Positions 24,680-38,562 of a stretch of DNA of 64,000 nucleotides are shown here, piece after piece. Below the pieces are notes generated by a model that did not search any database, was not told the DNA's origin, and was given only the letters and a program-made list of their open reading frames with translations. The stretch covers positions 168,518,001-168,582,000 of the forward strand of contig NC_086100.1 in NCBI RefSeq assembly GCF_963921235.1. The letters are read 5' to 3'. Positions within the stretch are counted from its first letter, which is position 1; each line of letters starts with the position of its first letter. A program made the translations under genes and the position numbers. This stretch comes from Mobula hypostoma (Eukaryota).

Positions 24680-25300
24680 CAAAGGTGTCCAGCACACCAG
24701 CAGGCCATTCAGCCCACCACGTCCATGCTGATATTTTCACATTTCTATACTAATCCCATCTGTTTGCTTCAGGTCCCTGTCCTTCGACACCCTGCTCATT
24801 CAGTATAAATTCTCTTTAAATATCTCTTAAACATAGTGATTGTATCTGATTCCACCATTTCCTTTGACAATGAGCTCCAGGTCTCAACCACTCTGTGTAA
24901 AAAAAAAACTTGCCACTCAGATTCCATTTAAATCTACCTCTCACTTTAAATCAATGTCCTTTGGTTTTTAATAGCCCTACCAAGAGAAAAGCTTCTGACT
25001 AGGAGACACAAGAGATTGCAGATGCTGGAATCTGGAGCAACACACAATCTGCTGGAGGGACTCAGTGGGTCAAGCAGTGTCTGTGAGGGGGAAAATGAAT
25101 TGTCAAGGTTTTGGGTCAAGAGGATAGCTAAAGAAATTTTGACCATATCCTATTTACAACCTTCCATTTTATATTCCTCTGTCAAGTTACCCCTCAGTCT
25201 CCTTTTCCCAGGGAGAACAAACTCAGTCTATCCAATCTCCCTCCCCCTAACGAAAGCCCACCAATCCAGGTAACATCCTGATGAATTTCCTTCTCTCTCC
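24680..25300 (-). mobile_element. CR1 LINE 3' fragment, interrupted by a Penelope-like fragment (~25000-25125)
   Basis: CAGGCCATTCAGCCCA tail; CAACCACTCTGTGTAAAAA; TTACCCCTCAGTCTCC (reverse complement of RRLRG). Confidence 0.7.
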
Positions 25301-26204
25301 AGTCTAAACTCAGCCTCAGAGAATGTTAGAGATCTCTTAGTTTTGACCACCCATTACATGCCCATCCCGATATCCATCTCCTTGACCTTTCTGCCCCGGT
25401 GCCTAATTGATCCATATTAGGACCACGCGTTACCTCTCTATGTTCTGACTAGTTATGCAGCTGTCTCCATTATGACAGGCTCTGAGTCACAGGCAGCTGA
25501 GGGACAGCTTCGTCAGGGAGATTGAGAGGAACGAGCCTCGGTCGGTCACACTCCACAGCAAGGTCTCAGTTGTCCCATTCTCACTCACTCTCCCACTTGT
25601 ACTGCACATCATCATTTGGTCCCTTGTTCATACTCTCCCTTGCTGACGATTCCCAGTCCTGTCTTCTCCTGAAACTCACAGTCCTGGTTCCCACAACCAC
25701 CCGACACTCACCAGAGGCCCTGTTCACACATCTCCGTCCCAATACCTGTAGAGTTCACTGGAAAATTCATTCACTCATGGTGAATGAAAATAGTGTTGCA
25801 TTATTAATAACATCAATAGCATGGAAAATCTGCCAGCATGGTTCCACAGTGTCCTAAACCTGCTGCATTATTGGAGTTTTACTGTACAAGTTGTCTTCAC
25901 TGAAAGATTGTCAATTGATTTTTAAATTCCACATTTCCATAGTGTGATATGATCTCGGATCTCTGGATTGTTCCTGAATTTACCTGCTGAGTCACCAACA
26001 ACCCCCCACCAGCTCAGTGAGAAAGCAGGAAGGGTGGTGGTGGGATTGTCCTCCTTCACTGCTGTCACGTTTCTGCCACTAGAAGATTCCATGGGACAGA
26101 TTTAAAGGAGCATCTCAAGGCAGATTGAGATTTTTGGGGGGGCTCCAAGCCTGGGGACTGTAGCTGAAGGTGCCGCCAGCAGTGTCAGAGAAACTACATT
26201 TAGG

Positions 26205-26750
26205 GAAGTACACAGCACACAGCAGGTAGAGCTGATGCATACTAGCTCCAAGCAGTCGCGGTTCAATCCAACCCTCCACTGCTATCTATGTGGAGGTTTC
26301 ATCTTCCCCTTGTAACAGCCTGGGATTTCCTCAGGTCCTCCCATATCCCAAAGACATGCATATTGGTAGGTAAAATACCCACAGTGTGTGGGTGAGGAGT
26401 AGGACCTCAGGTTCTCCCCTGTCCCAGACACATGTGGATTGGTAGGTGAACTGGCCAAAGTGTGTAGGTGAGAAGTAGATCCTGCAAGAAGTTGATAAGA
26501 ATATCAGAAAAATCAAAAAATGGGAGTTGTGTAAATAGGTGGTTCAAAGGTTTACATTAATATCAGAGAATGTATCCAGCATACAACCTGAAATTCTTAC
26601 TCTTCACAGACATCCACAGAACAAGAACCCCATAGAATGAATGACAGAAACATCAAAGCCCCATCCCCCACACAAGATGATGGCTGATGGTCAGCATGAA
26701 CAGTTTGGGCCAAAGGGCCTGTTTCTGTGCTGTGAGATGCTGTGGCTTGG
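26205..26750 (+). mobile_element. V-SINE-like element with an internal duplication and a nested LINE tail (~26545-26670, minus)
   Basis: B box GGTTCAATCC; duplicated ATTGGTAGGT...GTGTG..GGTGAG.AGTAG; tail GGGCCAAAGGGCCTGTTTCTGTGCTG. Confidence 0.6.
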
Positions 26751-28049
26751 GGACTGGAAGAGTGGATTAACTGAGGGCAGGACATGTCTGTATTCAGGGG
26801 TTGGTGCACTTTAGTGAATTGGTCTGTGTTTGGGTCCACTTTGACTGAACGTCTGATTGTCCCACCTCATTTCCTGCTGTGTCTTTTTTCCAGATTGCAG
26901 TAACTCATTGGGCAATGATATTCTCCTCCTCTCCGCTCAGATTTTTCAGCTGTTCCCATTCACTCTGCGTCCTCTGGTCACCTACCCTTCTGGGAACAAC
27001 CTCATCCCATTATCTCCACCAAAACCCTTGGTGATTTTGAACACATTCATTCAATCTCCCCTTAACCTTTCCTGCTTGGAGAAAAAAGCCCACCTCTCCG
27101 ATCTCTCCAGAGCTGAAGGCCCTCAGTCTTGGGGAACGTTTGCAGTGAATACGCTCCCACCCACTCCCGCAACTCTTCTAGACTTTGCCCAGAACAGGTG
27201 ACAATCCATCCTAGGTTGAGGTTGATTTCACCCCATTAGGTTACAAGGAAATTTTTCCACATTGACATTTTCAAATCGGTAATGAAATTGGCCTCATGCA
27301 TCAGTGGGAAACCTGAGAGAATGTTCTGGAAGATAGTCTTCTGCTTAAACAGCAGACAGCTTAGGCTATTTACTTCATATCCAACACCGGGTATCAAGAT
27401 AAAGTCCAATCCAAACAATAGTTTGTTCGATCACAAGTTGATACTGAAGGAGATTGACTAATACAAAGAGGATGAGCTGAACAGGAGTGGTTGGGATATC
27501 CTGATGAAGGCTCTCAACACAAAACCTCAGTTTACACCCTTCACCTCCACAGATGGTTCTCTGTCCGCTGAGTTCTTGCAGCACTTGCTGTTTGCTCCGT
27601 ACTCCAGCATCTGCAGTCTTCTGTTTTCAGAGCCTGTAGTACAGATGTGCTTTGACAGAGATGAGGATTATTAGTGGAGTGCTTGATGCTGGTCTCCTAG
27701 AGCTGAGAGGTCACATCCTCAAGCACCACAGGGACTCCGTAATGTGCCTTCCACGGCCTGGGAGTGTCAGGTTGTGGAGACGTCTCTCAAATTCTTTTTG
27801 GTTATGAAGAGTTCATGCAAACCTTAAGCATCCCCTGTCAAGAGGGAGGGGTATCCCATGGCAGTGGTGAGTCACAGGGAATGGGGAGACAGAGGCTGTC
27901 ATAGTAAACAATCAGAAGGTCTGTGCAGGAATATTAACCTCCTCTGACAATGCAGAGTCCAATTTTGCAGTGAACAGAGATTCCTCGGACCGTAAAGGAC
28001 CCCTCACCCAGTGAACAGACAGCACAGCACCCAAGAGGGTGAAACTAGC

Positions 28050-28635
28050 TTGGCCACAGATTGGTTGTGTTCAGTCCTGGTCACCACACTATGGGAAGTG
28101 TGTGACTGTGCTGGAGAGGGTGCAGTGGAGATTCACCAGACTGTAGCCCGGATTCAGCATTGATTGAATGACGGAGCAGACTTGACGCTCTGAATGGCCG
28201 AATTCTGCTCCTGTGTCTTATGTCTTTTAGTAACAAGGAGAGATTGGATGTGCTGGGTTTGTTTTCCCCGGGGTGAAGGAGGCTGAGGAGGTATGCAAAA
28301 TTATGAGGGGGTTGGATACGGTAGATAGTAGGGATATTTTTCCTACAGTGGTGAGTCCAAATCAAGCTGGCACAGGTTTAAGGTGAGAGGTATGAGATGT
28401 CGAGGGGATCTGGGGGGAGGAAAGCATGTTTTCACACAGTGGATGGCTGAAGTTGGGTGCCCTGCCTGAAGAAGTGGTGGAGGCAGAGAGACTCTCAACA
28501 TTTGGACAAGCACTTGAATTGGCAAAGTATGGGAAGCTGCAGTCCTAATATGGGTAAGTTGGATTGGAGTAGATGGATACTGTGGCCAGCATGAACACAA
28601 CAGGTTAAAGTGCTGAACAGCTACAGCTCTATAAG
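28050..28635 (+). mobile_element. CR1 LINE 3' fragment with a second CR1 tail nested at ~28160-28230
   Basis: GTGTTCAGTCCTGGTCACCACACTATGGGAAG (VQxWSPHY) and LERVQWRFT motifs; nested GAATGGCCGAATTCTGCTCCTGTGTCTTATG. Confidence 0.75.
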
Positions 28636-29244
28636 AGGGATTTCAGGCATAGGCCCTGCACCTGAACAAAACAACTGACACTACATTGAATTTTCCAGTC
28701 TCAGTAACCCATTCCCCGTGTTTCACCCCCATTCCCACCTGTCCACTCGGGTCTCGCTCTGCTTGTTCATCTTTCCCATTTACATCTCCTCTCCACCCAC
28801 ACACTTATCCATCTGGGCCCTGTCCCCTGGCCCACTCTTCCAACCTTTCCCCCACCACTCCATCTGTTCATCATCCCCCTCCACCTATCACTTGCCTCAT
28901 GTTCCCTTCACCTCTTTAAACTGACTACCGCCTCCCGACACCGATTCAGGGTCTAGACCCTAAATGTTGACCACTCCCTCTGGCACCACAGACACTGTCT
29001 GACCCAATGAATTCCTCCATGAGTTTGGTTTTGCTGCATATGATACATGCCGATCTTCCTGCCCAAGCTCTCAACTCGAACACACCCTGAAGTCCAAGTA
29101 AATCTGCAAAAGAACAATTCAGAGCAATCGAGATACGCCTTCATTTCTCATGAACGTGCTATATTTACTGCAGTTAATGCTCTACAATTGCCGTTTGTGA
29201 TACCATTGGATACATACATTGAGGAGTTATGATGTAGTTGTACA

Positions 29245-29748
29245 GGAGACTATGTTCAATTTTGGTTGCTCTGCTATAGGAAAGATGTCATTAAATGGAG
29301 AAAATTGCAGAAAAGGTTTACAAGGATGTTGTCAAAAATTGAGGATGAGCTTATAGAGAGAAGTTGGACAGAAAGAAGTTGTACTGGCCAGGATTTCATT
29401 CCTTAGAGCATAGCAGACTGAGAGGTGATCTATAGAGGTGTATAAAATCAGAGAGGCATAGACAGGGTGAATGCACTTGTCCTTTCTCCCCCAGAATTGT
29501 GGAATCAAGAAGGTTGAAGATTAGAAATCTAAGATTTAATAGGAGCTTGAGAGACTGTACCCATGTGGAAAGAGCAGTCAGAAGAAGTGGTTAAGCCAGA
29601 TACAATAACAACAACACCATATAAAGGACATTTGAATAGGTGCATGGATTGGAAAGGTTTAAAAGGTTATGGACAAACACTGGCCAATCGGACTAGCTTT
29701 GATGGAGCATTGTGACCAGCATGGAGCAGTTGAGCCAAAGGGTCTGAC
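29245..29748 (+). mobile_element. CR1 LINE 3' fragment
   Basis: VQFWLLCYRKDVIK, QKRFTRML and RLRGDL.EVYKI motifs. Confidence 0.8.
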
Positions 29749-29989
29749 TAGAAACATCTACCAGAAACAGCAGATTAATGAAAGCTTTAAGTTAAAAGAC
29801 CAGATTTCACAGAGTATTCTGGGTTAGGTAAACAGAGAGCTGATTGAGGAGGTGAAGATGAGTTGATGGGGTGAAGGGCAATGTATTTCCTCCGAGGCAG
29901 TGAGTCCAGAACCTGACCACTTGGTTAACGTCAGGACTTTATGAAATCAGTTGTGGAAAAATGCATCTCCACAAAATCATTTTGAGTCT

Positions 29990-31986
29990 TCCCCAATCAG
30001 AAGCATTGGATAAACCAAGAGGACCACAATCTGCTGAGGGTCAGATCAGTGGCATTCAGGTCTGGTGACCAAGTAAAATGCAAGAGGTCCCGGTATAACC
30101 TCCGGAAAGCTGTCTTACATGCAAAGTGGTAATTCTGGACCAAACTGGAATCACAGGAGAATGCTCGACAACTGTGGCAGAGCTTAAAGGTTATCACCTC
30201 CTACAAAATGAAATTAAGTGACATGTGGCAAAGAGGTTTCACTCCCAGATGAACACAGTTCCTTCTATGCTTGCTTTGACTGTTAAAACATGGAGGAACT
30301 GTCGCAAACTCTGACAGACCCGATGAACCTGTGATTTCAGTCTCTGAGGCTGATGTGAGAGCATTCTTCAGGAAGGTGAACCCATGGAAAGCATCTGGCC
30401 CAGAAGTGATACCTGGCCAAGTACTAGAGACCTGTGCTGATCGACTGAGTGGAGCGTTCACTGAAATCTTTAATCTCTCACTTCAGCAGTCTGAGGTATC
30501 CAACTGCTTCAAACAGGCTTCAGTTATGCCAATGCCCAAGAAGAATGTGGTAACCTGCCACAGCGATCATCAGCAAGTAGCACTTATGCCCACAGTGATG
30601 AAGTGCTTTGACACGTTGGTGATGAAACATATCAACTCCTGCCTGAGATGCTACTTGGATCCACTCCATTTTGCCTATCGTCACACATCTACAGCAGATG
30701 TCATTTCATTGGCTGTTCTCTCAAACCTGGAACATGGGGACAGTGAAGATGTATATGTCAGGATGCTCTTCATTGACTACAGTTCGGCATGCAATACTAT
30801 CATTCCCTCAAAACTGATCAATAAGCTCCAATCCCTAGACCTTAGTATCTCCTTGTGTAACTGGATCCTTGATTTCCTCACTTGCAGACCCCAGTCAGTT
30901 CACACTGGTAACATCTCCTCCACAATCTCCATCAGTACAGGTGCACCACAAGGCAGTGTGCTCAGCCCTTTGCTCTACCTGGTTTCTACTTATGATTGGG
31001 AGACCAAGCACAACTCCAATGCCATATGGAAGTTTGCTGATGACGCTATTGTCGTCGACTAAATCAAAGGTGGTGACAAATCAGCATATAGGCAAGAGAA
31101 TGGTGCCACACAATAACCTCTCACTCCAAGTCTGCAAAACCAAAGAGCTGACTACAGGAGGAGGAAACTGGATGTCCATGAGCCAGTCCTCATCAGGGGA
31201 TCAGAGACAGAGAAGGTCAGCAACTTTAAATTCCTCAACGATCATCATTTCAGAGGATCTGTCCTGGGTCCGACACGTGAGTTCCATTACAAAGAAAGCA
31301 CGGCAGCACCTCTACTTTCTCAGAAGTTTGCTAAGATTCTGAATGACATCTAAAACTTTGACAAGTTTCTATAGATGCACGGTAGTACACTGACTGCTTG
31401 CATCGAGCCTGGTATGGAGGCATCAATGCCCTTGATCGGAAAATCCTACAAAAAGTAGCTGATACGGCCCAGTCCATCACAGGTAAAGCCCTCCCACCAT
31501 TGAGCACATTTACAGGGAGCGTTGTCGCAAGAAAGCAGCATCCATTATCAATGTCCCCCATTATCCAGACCATTCTCTCTTCTTGCTGCTACCATCAGGA
31601 AGGAGGTACAGGAGCCTCAGGACCCACACCTCCAGGTTCAGGAACAGTTATTACCCTCCACCATCACACTCTTGAACCAGAGATGATAACTTCACTCACC
31701 CCATCACTGAACTGTTCCCACAGTCTATGGACTCACTTTCAAGGACTCTTCATCTCATATTCTCAATATTTATTGCTTATTTGTTAATTATAATTTTTTT
31801 TCTTTTTTTGCATTTTCACAGTTTGTTGTCTTTTACACTCTGGTTGTCCTTCCTGTTGGGTGTGGTCTTTCATTGATTCTATTATGGTTCCTTGTACTTA
31901 CTTTGAATACCTGCAAAAAAATGAATCTCAGGGTGATATATGGTGGCATACACGTAATTTCATAATGAATTTATTTTGAACTTTGA
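29990..31986 (+). mobile_element. 5'-truncated Rex1/Babar LINE with a decayed reverse transcriptase
   Basis: ORF 30331-31062 carries KASGPE, VMKCFD.LV, VRMLFIDYSSACNTIIPSKL, GAPQGSVLSPLLY and KFADD; downstream KKARQHLYFLRSL; TTTGAAC tail. Confidence 0.92.
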
Positions 31987-32957
31987 GAAGCTCCCTCTTG
32001 CTCCTAGGGAAACGCGAGTCCAGGGTTTCTGCTCCAATGGATCTGTGGGAAATGTCGGAGATTTTCAAGGGAGGTTGTTGATTCTTGAGGAAGTGGGTTG
32101 TGTTGGAAAATGGTGGTCAGGGTCAGTGAGATGGGTGAGGAGGGTAGGGAGAGCATAGGGCAATTAGGTTGGGTGAGGGTTGGGGCTGGTGGGGAGGACG
32201 GGAGGAGGACAGGAGAAAGTGAAGGTGGGAGAGGTGCCAGAACCGTGTTGGATGGGAGTCCAGTGGATGAATAGAGAAACTGCTGGAGCTTTATTGGGTG
32301 AGATAACGTAGGAGGGAGGGATAAAACCCCTGTATCCATTACAGTTTTTTCTGTACTCTTACTTCTTTACCTCATTCTGCCTCAGTGTGTAATAAATTGA
32401 TCTGTATAAACAGTATGGAAGAGAAGCTCCTCACTGCATCTTGGTACATGTGGCAATAACAAACAAACTTCAGCCACATCTAATGGAGCAGCAGGCTCTG
32501 TGTGCTGAATGGCCTCTTCCTGTCCCTCTGCAGCTTGACCACCACATGCTCAGGTTTGGGCTTTGGGCTTTAATCCGTAGCTGAGTGATGGGGGTTCTGC
32601 CTCCGACCATTAACCCTGGATCAGCTTGAGACGTTTCATGTACATTTTGCCAACAAGGTGCAGTGAAGATTTGGTCGACCCACTTCACAGAGCTGAGGAC
32701 AATACCCCGGTTGGATTCTGATTCAGGACTCTGGGGTAGGTGGGGGGGGGGTCACCCTGACAGAGGAGATGCTAAACCAGAACCAATCAGGGAGATAGAA
32801 CTATTGAAGGACTATTCCCAGAGGGAGAAGGGGAGTTTCTCTGGGTCCCTGAAGTGAGCCCTGAAACAGGTTGCGTGCTCATTGTCACATTGCTAGGTGT
32901 GGGATCTTGCTGTGCATCACGGAGAGTCCAGCGCTGGCTTGAAGCTCCGTGCAGTGC

Positions 32958-33213
32958 CTAGGTATGGCCAAGAGCAGCATGAAGGCAAGGGCCTTCTTCC
33001 TCCCCTGTACATGGGCTCCGAGTGGTGGAAAGGGGAAAGGAGAGTCCAGGCAGCTGGGCCTCACTGCTCTGGTTTTGGCCCTGAGGCTGAGGACACTTCT
33101 GAACCTGACCAGGTTTTTGAAGGAACTGCAGTTTACAAACCATGGGTAGCTGTCTCCTAGGGAAGTGGTCGCTTGCCAGGGAAATTACCCTCAACTGGGG
33201 AGTTAGAGGAGGT
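32958..33213 (-). CDS. Weak candidate terminal exon (PPLTPQLRVISLASDHF...AALGHT*)
   Basis: Strong acceptor ATCATCCCTTCTCTTGCAG| followed by a phase-2 open frame of 84 codons to a TAG. Unique sequence; no homology recognised. Confidence 0.25.
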
Positions 33214-33569
33214 CTGCAAGAGAAGGGATGATAATGCATCTGTCTGTCTGTGGCCCAGCCGTCCCTCTCTGCCCCCAGACACTACCTCACTCCAGCCACA
33301 AGACTGACCCCAAAACCGAACTCCAGACTCTCCAATCCCTGTAAGGAGGAGCTCAGTGTCAGCAAAACAGAAGATAAACAAACCTCAGCCTGTGGCCACT
33401 CTCTCTGTCCGGGTTTCCATTTCTCAATCCAGACTCTGAACTGGAATGACTGGGCGTAGGTGGGGAGTGTCACCAACCCTTCTGTCCCCAGGTGGCTGTT
33501 CAGAGCACCAAAGATAGACGTGGATTTCGACAGAGTTTTGTGGGACCTCAGCATGTCCCAAAGCTCCTA

Positions 33570-33865
33570 GTCCTAGCATCGTGGAGTCAGCACATAAACA
33601 GGCCCTTCAGACCAACATGTCAATGCTGACCTTTTTGCTCATCTCATCTGCACTAATCTCATTTGCCCATATTAGGACTGTATCCTTCTCTACCTTGCTT
33701 ATTTAAGTGTTTGTCTAAATGCCTCTCAAACATAATGATTGCATTCGGTCCCACTACATTCTCTGGCAGTGTGTTCTAGACATCAATCATTTTCTATGCA
33801 AAGAACAACACTCTTCAGAATCCCATTAAAACTCTTGGTTCTCACCTTAAAACTCTTCCCACTTA
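33570..33865 (-). mobile_element. CR1 LINE 3' fragment (continues at ~34700-34800)
   Basis: ACAGGCCCTTCAG tail, CTCACCTTAAA, and CCTCAACCTCCT after the insertion. Confidence 0.7.
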
Positions 33866-33867
33866 CT

Positions 33868-34690
33868 CAAAGGTTCAATGGTTGAATTTATTGTCAGAGA
33901 AATGTATACAATATACATCCTGAAATGCTTTTTCTTCACAAACATCCACAAAAACAGAGAAGTGCCCCAAAGAATGAACGACAGTTAAACATGAGAACCC
34001 CAAAGTCCACCCCCAGTTCCCCCCTCCTGCGTGTAAGCGGCAGCAAACAATCCCCCCTCCCCCTCCGACAAAACAAAAAGCGCACCTGCTACCGAGCACA
34101 AGCGTGTGCTAAGCGATAGCAAAGACACAGACCAATGTTACCCCAAAGGCTTCGCATTTCATCTGACATTCGACAAACCACAGGTTCGCTCTCTCCCTGG
34201 CAAGGGAGAGAAAGTATCCCTCATTTTCACAGCGAGCGGGAGACATAACAACCACCCGCTGGTTTACAATGTTAAAAGTCCATTTTGTCACTTTTCTCAA
34301 GCTCTGTGTCCAAAGATCGCAAACACCTCGGGTCTTCGGGCCCACAGTGAAAGATTTCCTGGCCTCCCCAACGACACACGAGTCTCCTGCCGTGACACCG
34401 ACCCTCGATCCGCCCATCTCCAGACCCCCGAGATCTTAGACTTCCGAACATGATTGAGACACTCAGGCCAAATCCTTGGCATGTCGAATAACGGCCAGTT
34501 GTGGAACCCCGAGAACGGGTCCCATTCCCGCAAAGAACCGAAGCCTGCGTGTAACTCCAGGTCAGGGTCTTCAAAAGAACCCTGGAAGGGAAAAATAAAG
34601 GTATTAAAGGTGGAAATAGAGCTGTTTCCGAAGATGCAAGCAAAAGAGTCGCTGTTAGGCGCCAGTATCCCTCCTAAGCTCCGCCTTATT
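33868..34690 (-). mobile_element. ~820-bp non-autonomous retroelement, apparently young
   Basis: 3' tail CAGGATGTATATTGTATACATTTCTCTGACAATAAATTCAACC is related to 26545-26670. The interior is CpG-rich with no credible ORF, and it interrupts a CR1 fragment. Confidence 0.65.
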
Positions 34691-35039
34691 GTGATATATG
34701 CCATGGGAAAAGATTTTGACTAGCTACATACCCGATCGTCTTGTAATCTTGCATACTTCTGTCAGATCGCACCTCAACCTCCTCTGCTCCATTGAGGAAT
34801 CACTAGCCCGTTTGGTCTTTCAATGCCAAGGTGTGTTTTTCACCAACACCTCCCTTCCCAATTCCCACAAGCACTGAACCGCAACAACCCCTCAAGTCGA
34901 GCCTTGAACATTCCTATTGAACCAACATCCCCTGAAGAGAGAGAATTCCAAATCCTCCAGCTCCTAGTGGAAAAGTTCCTCCTCTTCCCGCTCCTGAATC
35001 TCTCAGCCCTCATCCTGAAGTCTCACCATACTTGAGGGG

Positions 35040-35178
35040 CTGACACTGTGTGGTAGACAGGGCAGCAGACCTGTGCACAAACCAGATCTCACCTGTGACA
35101 CTGTTATAGTTTGGTAGACAGGGCAGATGACCTGTGTACAGCCAGATTGCACAAACCAGATCTCACCTGTGACACTGG
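35040..35178. repeat. Imperfect tandem duplication (~2 copies)
   Basis: TGGTAGACAGGGCAG...TGCACAAACCAGATCTCACCTGTGACACTG occurs twice. Confidence 0.85.
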
Positions 35179-35624
35179 TGCGATCACCAGTGTTGTCTCT
35201 AACCTTGTTGGCTGATGGATTGCTATTGGCCAGGAAGGTGGTTTGCACTGGGTCACTACGTCCTTGCACCATGTATTTGGGAAAGCTCCTGTCATTCTTC
35301 ACTATTTGAGGGAAAGAAAACCAAAACGGAAAAGTGATATTTTGGTTACACAGGATATTGGTAGGACCACATCAAGAGAACAAAGTCCAGTATTTGGCTC
35401 CTTAAGGAGAACCTCCATCTGCCGGAAGCAGCTCAGACAAAGTTTACTAGACTAGTACTTGGAGTGTAAGGGGTCCTAAATGAAACGTAAAATACTAAAG
35501 CTGGCTTGTCACGGTAGGTGTGGAAAGCATGTTTCCTCTGATGGGAGAATCTAAGAACAAGAGACAAAATTAACAGGGAAACACACACAAGATGCTGGAG
35601 GAACTCAGCAGGTCAGGCAGCCAT

Positions 35625-38562
35625 TGGGATGAGTTGCAGTGCAATCAAAGCAAAAAATATCAAATACTGGTCTTAAGATGTTATACTTAAATGTACGCAG
35701 CATAAGGAATAAGGTGGATGATCTTGTCGTACAGCTGCAGATTGGCAGGTATGATATTGTGGCCATCACTGAGACCTGGCTAAAGGATGCATGTCTGTGG
35801 TAGCTGAACATCCAAGGATACACGGTGTATCGGAAGGATAGGCAGGTAGTCAGAGGGGGAGGCATGGCTTTATTGGTAAGAAATGATATTAAATCATTAG
35901 AAAGAGGTGACATAGGATTGGAAGGTGTAGAATCTTTATGGGTTGAGCTAAGAAATTGCGGGGGGTAAAAAGACCCTGATGGCAGTTATATACAGGACTC
36001 CCAACAGCTGCAGGGATGTGGACTACAAATTACAACAGGAAATAGAAAAGGCTTTTCAGAAGGGCAGTGTTATGATAATTGTGGGGTATTTTAACATGCG
36101 AGTGGATTGGGAAAATCAGGTCAGCACTGGATCTCAAGAGAGAGAATTTGTAGAATGTCTGGGAGATGGCTTTTTAGAACAGCTTGTTGTTGAGCCCACT
36201 AGGGGATCGGCTGTACTGGATTGGGTATTGTGTAATGAACCGGAGGTGATTGGAGAGATTGAGGTGAAGGAACCCTTAGGAGGCAGTGATCATAACATGA
36301 TTGAGTTCACTGTGAAATTTGAGAAAAAGAAGCTGAAATCCGATGTGACGGTATTTCAGTGGAGTGAAGGAAATTACAGTGGCATGAGAGAGGAACCGGC
36401 CAAAGCTGACTGGAAAGGGATACTAGCGGGAAGGATGGCAGAGCAGCAGTGGCTGGAGTTTATGCAAGAAGTGAGGAAGGTGCAAGACATATATTCCAAA
36501 AAAGAAGAAATTTTCGAATAGAAAAAGGATGCAACCGTGGCTGACAAGAGAAGTCAAAGCCAAAGTTAAAGCAAAGGAGAGGGCATACAAGGAAGCAAAA
36601 TTTAGTGGGAAGACAGAGGATTGGGAACTTTTTAAAAGCTTACAAAAGGAAACTAAGAAGATCATTAAGAGGGAAAAGATAAACTATGAAAAGAAGCTAG
36701 CAAATAATATTAAAGAGGATACTAAAAGCTTTTTCAAGTATATAAAGAGAAAAAGACAGGTGAGAGTAGATATAGGACCGATAGAAAATGATGCTGGAGA
36801 AATTGTAATGGGAGATAAGGAGATGGCGGAGGAACTGAACGAGTATTTTGCATCAGTCTTCACTGAGGAAGACATCAGCAGTATACCAGACACTCAAGGG
36901 TGTCAGGGAAGGGAAGTGTGCGCAGTCACAATTACGACAGAGAAAGTACTCAGGAAGCTGAATAGGCTAAAGGTCGATAAATCTCCTGGACCAGATGGAA
37001 TGCAGCCTCGTGTTCTGAAGGAAGTAGCTGTGGAGATTGCGGAGGCATTAGTGATGATCTTTCAAAAGTCGATAGATTCTGGCATGGTTCCGGAGGACTG
37101 GAAGATTGCAAATGTCCCTCCGCTATTTAAGAAGGGGGCAAAGAAGCAAAAAGGAAGTTATAGACCAGTTAGCTTGACATTAGTGGTTGGGAAGTTGTTG
37201 GAGTTGATTGTCAAGAATGAGATTATGGAGTATCTGGGGGCATATGACAAGATAGGCAGAACTCAGCATGGATTCCTTAAAGGAAAATCCTGCCTGACCA
37301 ACCTGTTGTAATATTTTGAGGAAATACAAGTAGGCTAGACAAGGGAGATGCAGTGTATGTTGTATATTTGGATTTTCAGAAGGCCTTTGACAAGGTGCCA
37401 CACATGAGGCTACTTAACAAGATAAGAGTCCATGGAATTACAGGAAAGTTACATACGTGGATAGAGCGTTGGCTGATTGGCAGGAAACAGAGAGTGGGAA
37501 TAAAGGGATCCTATTCTGGTTGGCTGCCGGTTACCAGTGGTGTTCCACAGGGATCAGTGTCGGGGCCGCTTCTTTTTACGTTGTACATCAACGATTTGGA
37601 TTATGGAATAGATGGCTTTGTGGCTAAGTTTGCTGATGATACGAAGATAGGTGGAGGGGCCGGTAGTGCTGAGGAAACAGAGAGTCTGCAGAGAGACTTG
37701 GATAGATTGGAAGAATGGGCAAAGAAGTGGCAAATGAAGTACAATATCAGAAAGTGTATGGTTATGCACTTTGGCAGAAGAAATAAACAGGCAGACTATT
37801 ATTTAAATGGGGAGAGAATTCAAAGATCTGACATACAACGGGACTTGGGAGTCCTCATGCAGGATACCCTTAAGGTTAACCTCCAGGTTGAGTCGGTGGT
37901 GAAGAGGGCGAATGCAATGTTGGCATTCATTTCTAGAGGAATAGAGCATAGGAGCAGGGATGTGATGTTGAGGCTCTATAAGGCACTGGTAAGACCTCAC
38001 TTGGAGTACTGTGGGCAGTTTTTGGCTCCTTGTTTAATAAAGGATGTGCTGACGTTGGAGAGGGTTCAGAGAAGATTCAGTAGAATGATTCCGGGAATGA
38101 GAGGGTTAACATATGAGGAACGTTTGTCCGCTCTTGGACTGTATTCCTTGGAGTTTAGAAGAATGAGGGGGGACCTCATAGAAACATTTCGAAGTTGAAA
38201 GGCATGGACAGAGTGAATGTGGTAAAATTGTTTCCCATGGTGGGGGAGTCTAGTACAAGAGGGCATGACTTAAGGATTGAAGGGCGCCATTCAGAACAGA
38301 GATGCGAAGAAATTTTTTTAGCCAGAGGGTGGTGAATCTATGGAATTCGTTGCCACGGGCAGCAGTGGAGGCCAAGTCATTGGGTGTATTTAAGGCAGAG
38401 ATTGATAGGTATCTGAGTAGCCAGGGCATCAAGGGTTATAGTGAGAAGGCAGGGGAGCGGGACTAAATGGGAGAATGGATCAGCTCATGATAAAATGGCG
38501 GAGCAGACCCGATGGGCCGAATGGCCAACTTCTGCTCCTTTGTCTTATGGTCTTCATAGTCT
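35625..38562 (+). mobile_element. CR1 LINE with a near-complete, recently disabled ORF2 (AP endonuclease + reverse transcriptase) and an intact 3' end
   Basis: Endonuclease motifs YLNVRSIRNK, VAITETWL, FNMRVDW and GGSDHNMI. RT motifs KSPGPDG, SYRPVSLT, YLDFQKAFDKVPH, GVPQGSV.GPLLF and KFADDTK. C-terminus RRMRGDLIETF. A few stops and frameshifts; tail TCTTATGGTCTT. Confidence 0.96.

Noticed and set aside
27375..27445. Strong minus-strand acceptor
   Set aside because: All frames hit stops before a credible donor.
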